Made by a program: the position numbers and the translations under genes | Part shown: in pieces, positions 58,830 to 64,000 of the stretch | Layout: the number at the start of each line of letters is the position of its first letter | Position numbering within the stretch: the first letter of the stretch is position 1 | The notes under the pieces: model-generated | Seen by the model: the letters and a program-made list of their open reading frames with translations, nothing else | Told to the model about the DNA's origin: nothing | The model's database searches: none | Assembly: GCA_051530055.1 (NCBI GenBank) | Contig: CM121342.1 | Span: 3,347,489 to 3,411,488 of the forward strand | Length of the DNA stretch: 64,000 nt | Reading direction: 5' to 3' | Source: Neoechinorhynchus agilis | Taxonomy: Eukaryota > Animalia > Acanthocephala

Positions 58830-60770
58830 AATGTGGAATCGCTTTGTGGACAAAGTGGAGGACTGTTTTTCCACCAAGTCACGTCTAAGGAATTCCGCAA
58901 CACTTTCTTTCAGTCCCAAACTTTCTTTCACGATGATCGGACTTGATGGTACTGATTCTTGTCGGTCACGTAAAAGAAGCAGCTCCGGCGGCCAGACAGC
59001 TACTGATGGTAGCCTGTCAACGCGGGGTCGGTGTGTCGCTCCATTTTGTGATGCGGCAACGAACGGAAGCAGCAGAATCCACCAGTGCAACGGGAAAAAG
59101 CGAGGGCGTCGTAGCTCTCGCCGACGACTTGAACGTCGAAATGAGCGAAACTGTCGCCAGAGGCAACGAGAGCGTCAGTCGAAGCTCCGCATGAGAGGCC
59201 AGTCAGACACAGACGTAAATCAGGAGGATTTAGGAGGAGGCTGGTCATTATGGTACCCATCTGCGGGCAGTCGAGGAAATGGAGGGGCAGGCGTTTGTTT
59301 ATCACCCGCCTCCGAAACTCAGCACTATGCAGTACTATAACTGACCGAATCCTTCTTGTCTGCATAAAGCTTCGGTCCAGAAATCTCTATGCTTTTGGCG
59401 TATATTCACCGACCTCCTCGTCGGATGAAGAGGCGGTTGAAGGATTTTATGGAAATCTAGCCGAAGCATTAGATGATGTACCGAACAGAGACACCCGCGA
59501 TTTTACCGCATTCCGAAAGATCGCTATATGTGTTGAAGGGCGAGAATCGGAACAGCCGATACTTGGTTGAGGCGCTGGAGCCGCATGATCTCGTGTCTGC
59601 TAACACTTTATTCCGGAAGCGTCCGTGGCGTTTGGCGACGTTTAGTGTAAGTTGAGTAAGAGTGACTCGTTGTTCCGTAAGCCTCAGCATCCTCCAAGTC
59701 CGTTCTATGGCGCCCTCGCTAATGAGGAGAAGAGGAAAGAGTTCGATATCGAACTAGAGAATCAACTGAGCTCGATGCCAGCTGCTGAAATAGATATTGA
59801 TTTTTATTACAAGTCAATCTGCGACGCAGTGACCGAAGCGGCCGAGAAAACCCTCCCGAAAATGAGGCGTATAAAAGCTGCAAAGGTTATATGGCAGGAG
59901 GACTGCGAATTTAAACCAATGGCTGAGCAGATCAAGACCCTGAGAAAACGAGGAAAACGATCTGATGCTCGCACCGCAAGTCTTGAACTTGCCAACCTCT
60001 ATAATGAAAAGGAAACGGCTTCGATAGAGGATGCAGTTCGCGGGATCGCATATAAGGAAGGTTTTGTTAGTACCTCCTTAGCATGGCGAGCGATAAACAC
60101 TCTCACAGGAAGATCCCAAAGACAGCCAACTTTGATTGAAGGTCCCTCCCCGGAAATCAGAAAAAAGAGAATCGCAAATTATTTTACGGAAATTCTCAAT
60201 TCGCCATTATTGTCCTTGGAAGTTAGTCCTGCACTTCCAAAAGGCACAATCGTTCCAAGAACTGAGGCATACTTCACTGGACCGATTTCCGTGAAGGAAG
60301 CGATCGCTACGGCGAAAATGATGGGATAATGGCCGAGGTACTGAGGTTTGAATCTATTGCCGGAAAGATCATACCGATAATGAATGGCATAATGAATGGT
60401 GGCTCAGTACCTAAAATATTGCAAACAGTGCACTTAACAATGATCAACAAGAAATGCTGCTCGACAAAGGTGGAGGACTACAGAGGTATATCCTTGATGT
60501 GCAACACGGCAAAACTTTTCAGCAGCATTTTGAGACGCCGAATTCAGCAAATCCTCGAACCGTTTCTAAGAATTGACCAGAACGGCTTCAGGAAAGGTCG
60601 AGGCACCACAGAGCACATATTGGCTTTGAGGAGGATCCTCGAGGAGGCACGAATTCATCAAACGGATGTGACGCTGGTATTTGTTGATTTCCGTCGAGCT
60701 TTCGATTCGGTAAATCGAACGATGATTGGCGGTATCTTAAAGGAGTATGGAGTGCCGCGGATCATGCACT
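58830..60770 (+). mobile_element. RTE-like family 2, APE to RT N-terminal part, decayed
   Basis: MSET..GGAGV; GVYSPTSSSDEEAVEGFYGNL; DLVSANTLFRKRPWRLATF; YRGISLM..QNGFRKGR..FVDFRRAFDS. Confidence 0.88.
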
Positions 60771-61465
60771 AAATTGTAAAGACCTTCAGAATTTGTTGAA
60801 GAAACAAAGTCAAATGAAACGTTAATGTAATCGTTCCGGCGAAAAGCTAAAGCTACAAAACCTTTTGCATAAATGCAATTGGTTTTAAATATATTCATTT
60901 CCTTCAGGATGTCGATGCTTCGCGGTCACATTGACATCTTCAATGTCCATTTTCATCCCGAATTGTGGAATTGAGACAAACAAAAATCTTCATCGATGGA
61001 TACAAAAAATTTTCTTTTATTTTTTCGGTGCCCTCTGAAGCGTCCGAGCGGACACTGTACTCGTCATTGGGCTTTGGCCTGAGGCCGCAACTTACTGTAA
61101 ATTGTTTCGAGATAGAAGTGAAAGTTAGAAAGCTGTTTTTCGCAGTGAGAGTTCGTTAGCGAAAATCGATGCTCTTTTGATGTTCTTTGAAAAGTGAGCC
61201 TTACCTTAACTCACGGAGAAAAACTTCTTGCGCTCTTCGCTATCTATGATCTCGTCAATAAACACCTTACCTTGAAAGTTGCGGCGAATCCAACAGAGCT
61301 TAAAAACTAAAATTATGCTTAATTTTTACCTTCGAATACAAGGCTCTATGAATCTTTGCTAAAAACCAAAGTGAGTGAAATGTAAAAATCGTTAAAATAA
61401 ATCGTGCATTCATAGATTAACTTCATTAAGGTTAAGTCAAGAGTTTCCATCGCAAACTCTACTTA
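60766..61465 (-). repeat. module K copy 5
   Basis: Matches the other K copies. Confidence 0.85.
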
Positions 61466-62450
61466 TTGTACAACAACATTTCTTTGAACTTTTCTCTCAG
61501 TTGAGAGGTCGTTCTTTTCAGCATTGTCGGTTTTCGTCTTTGTTCTCCTTTCCCAGCGTCTTGAAATCTCCGCTCACACTGTCCTCCCACCTCTTCTTGG
61601 GCCTCCCTCTTCTCGTTTTCCCCTCGAGTTCGATTCTCCATGCGCTCTTAACCCAGGCGTCTTCATTTGCTTGTGTCACCTGCAGGTACCATCGCATCCG
61701 CCTCTTTGCGATTGCCTCCTCGATCGGCTCGGCATTAAACAGCTTTCGCACCTCCTCATTGGGCACTCGATCCTTGCGTGTCAATCCTGCGGACCATCTA
61801 GGCATCCGCATTTCGTTGACGGCTAATCGTTGAACGTCTTCCTTCTTCGTATCCCACTTCTCTGCTCCGTGGAGCATTGCGGGTCGCACTACTGCCTTGT
61901 ACACCCGCCATTTCGGGAGACGCTTATCGCAAAGGATGCCTATTGTCTTCCTCCAGTTGTTCCACCCGCATTGAACTCTTTGTCCGATCTCTGGTTCGAG
62001 CTCACATTGCATGTTCAACATGCTGCCCAAATATTTGAAGATCTTTTTGATCTGAGTTCCTTGCATATCGAGGTTACCCGGCCCCATTTATTTCGTTTTG
62101 CGCCTGCTCACTCTCAATCCTTTGCTCTCCAATCGTTGTCGCCAACTCTACAGCAAATTCTTGAGCGTGTCCACGTCCCTAGCTGTGAGCACCAAATCGT
62201 CCGCGAATAGTGTCGTCCATGGCGGGTTCATTTCTCTTTCCGCATTTCCTAGGACGTCCATCACGATCGTGAACAAGAATGGGCTCAGGGCCGAACCCTG
62301 TTGCAGACCCACGGAGACTCGGAAATAGTCGATGGTTCCGCTGTGGCATCGCACGCAGGTGTAGCATTCTCGATACATCGCTCGGATCGCGGCGACATAA
62401 TGTTCGGGACAATTCCTTTTTCTGAGGCATGCCCACACCAAACCTCGAGG
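61465..62450 (-). mobile_element. RTE family 1, 3' half
   Basis: GLQQGSALSPFLF; LFADDLVL; FKYLGSML; EMRMPRW. Confidence 0.9.
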
Positions 62451-62576
62451 GAAAAGGATAAAGTAAGGTAGATTCGTGGTTCAGATTATTTAGAAACGGT
62501 CATCCAAAGTCTCCATTATAACGGCACTGCATGTCACTGATCGTAAACTCGACTTAGTGTACAAAGCCTATGCTTT

Positions 62577-63530
62577 TTCGAGGCAATAAAAAAAGTTAAC
62601 GATATTTTACAGGTCATTTCAGGTCAATGGTCTTTCATAGAAAATAACTTAAAGACCGCTTTTTCAGACACATCAGAATATTTCATAACGGAACACCAAC
62701 GCTTGAAAGGGCTTTTTCTACAATCGATCGACAGCATTTTATTAAAAATCAATAGAGACTTCTTGTTCGAAGAATGAAATTATGGATGTGCAGTAAAAAG
62801 CTTTTTCCAAAAACAATACCTTGGAAATATTATTGCTACCATTAAAATTCGCATTCGATGCCCTACCGTATTGAATGGAAGCTTTGAGCATAACAAAGAA
62901 ACGGAACGAAGTACCTTTGGGTCCTCTTAAACACCTGAGTCATGATAAAATAAATGAATTCGGTTTATTGATTTCGGAGTTGATTACGAGTTTGGTCGGG
63001 TTGAAAAAGTTGGTGATTATCGTTTGTAGGAGAATTTGTAAGGTAGAGTCTTTCCTTCGGTTCATTTCGATATCCGTGAGAACATTTGGCAGTATGGAAA
63101 ATGGAGTGGAGGAAGAGGGATCTGCGAGGTTGAGGGAGGATTAAAAGAATTGCGATTTCGAGGGTTTTGCTCGTTAGGGGAATAAAATGAGGTAAAAATT
63201 ATGGTGTTGAAATTTAGGAGCGTTTATATTGTCTGTTGAAAATCTTACAAGGGTATTATTCGGTGAACGCAAGCGAACTTGAATTTAAGAAAAATCATTT
63301 GTAAACAAGCATCGTCGAGTCCTTATTTATTGGCAATACTTAAAGTAAGGTCAAGTAATTTAAAAATTAAATTTTATTAGAACCGTTAGAAAATCTTGTG
63401 TCCCCTTATCACATATATTGCAATTATTTCATTTTTTGTAAGTCGGGTCAGCCAGGAAAATTGTCAGCCGTGAAAATGGCTACACATAGATATTTAATTT
63501 TATATTTGAGCACTGATTTTGATCAAGCAA
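62577..63530. repeat. module Y copy 3 plus duplicate of 34735-35450
   Basis: Direct matches to 33605-33820, 47790-47875 and 34735-35450. Confidence 0.8.
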
Positions 63531-63584
63531 TAAAAAGGTTTTTCTAGAAACAATATCCGGGAAATATTATTCCTACCATTACTG

Positions 63585-64000
63585 ATCTACGGCACATTCC
63601 GTAACACTTGTCATCCAATGAATAACTCAACTCGTTTGTAATATAGAAATTATAGCCTTTTGAAGCCTTCGTAAATCCCTTGGTCATGGCCGTGTTATTC
63701 CGTGAAGTTCCTACTGCTACATTTTCGCTAATAATGCTGCTTTCTATCAATACATTTTGGTAAGGGAGAGTTTTATTTCCCAATTTTCGTATACTATCCA
63801 GAAAATCTTGGATATTAACTTTTCCACCAGTTTGCTGTTCATTCATTGATCGAATATCAGCGATAATTGTTTTCGGCCTAGGCAAAAACGAAATGTGGAA
63901 CTCCTGAAAGTTGACTTGGAAATAGATCGCTACTTCTGTATTCAATCTGCTTAAACTTCTATTCTTAGTCGTTTTCGTTACATAGTCAAAAATTAGCTTC
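63585..64000 (-). pseudogene. family S fragment (copy 4), runs off the window end
   Basis: NTEVAIYFQVNFQEF..ELSYSLDDKCYGMCR; matches 38098-38510. Confidence 0.85.

Noticed and set aside
12468-62328. Many ORF-track entries antisense to or overlapping RT frames (e.g. 12741-13181, 17632-18018, 42959-43414, 47043-47726)
   Set aside because: Shadow frames of retroelement coding sequence, with no independent motifs.

Overview
AT-rich eukaryotic DNA, probably metazoan (inferred from Penelope elements with hammerheads, RTE LINEs and a Piwi-like fragment; the taxon cannot be fixed from sequence alone). I found no rRNA, tRNA, CRISPR or prokaryotic features. Most of the window is a patchwork of a limited set of modules that recur 2-6 times, each copy in the same orientation and with different neighbours. 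The retroelement modules are CRE-clade REL retroelements (3-4 families), two RTE-like families, four Penelope-like elements (PLEs) and one near-complete APE-RT LINE. The host-like modules are a secreted CX3CX3C protein family, an LRR-like 139-bp array, a Piwi/Argonaute N-terminal fragment and several unknown ORF families (labelled here U, M, N, K, Y). Apparently intact single-ORF genes are a highly divergent TBP-like factor (21935-23950, minus), a small aromatic/Pro-rich secreted prepropeptide (2748-3068) and a 314-aa secreted Cys-motif protein (10260-11204, minus). Shared inactivating lesions and microhomology junctions point to post-inactivation segmental shuffling rather than independent transposition, and this shuffling has produced in-frame chimeric ORFs. 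All homology calls come from motif recognition by eye, not database searches. Module boundaries are approximate (about +/-20 bp) unless a junction sequence is quoted.
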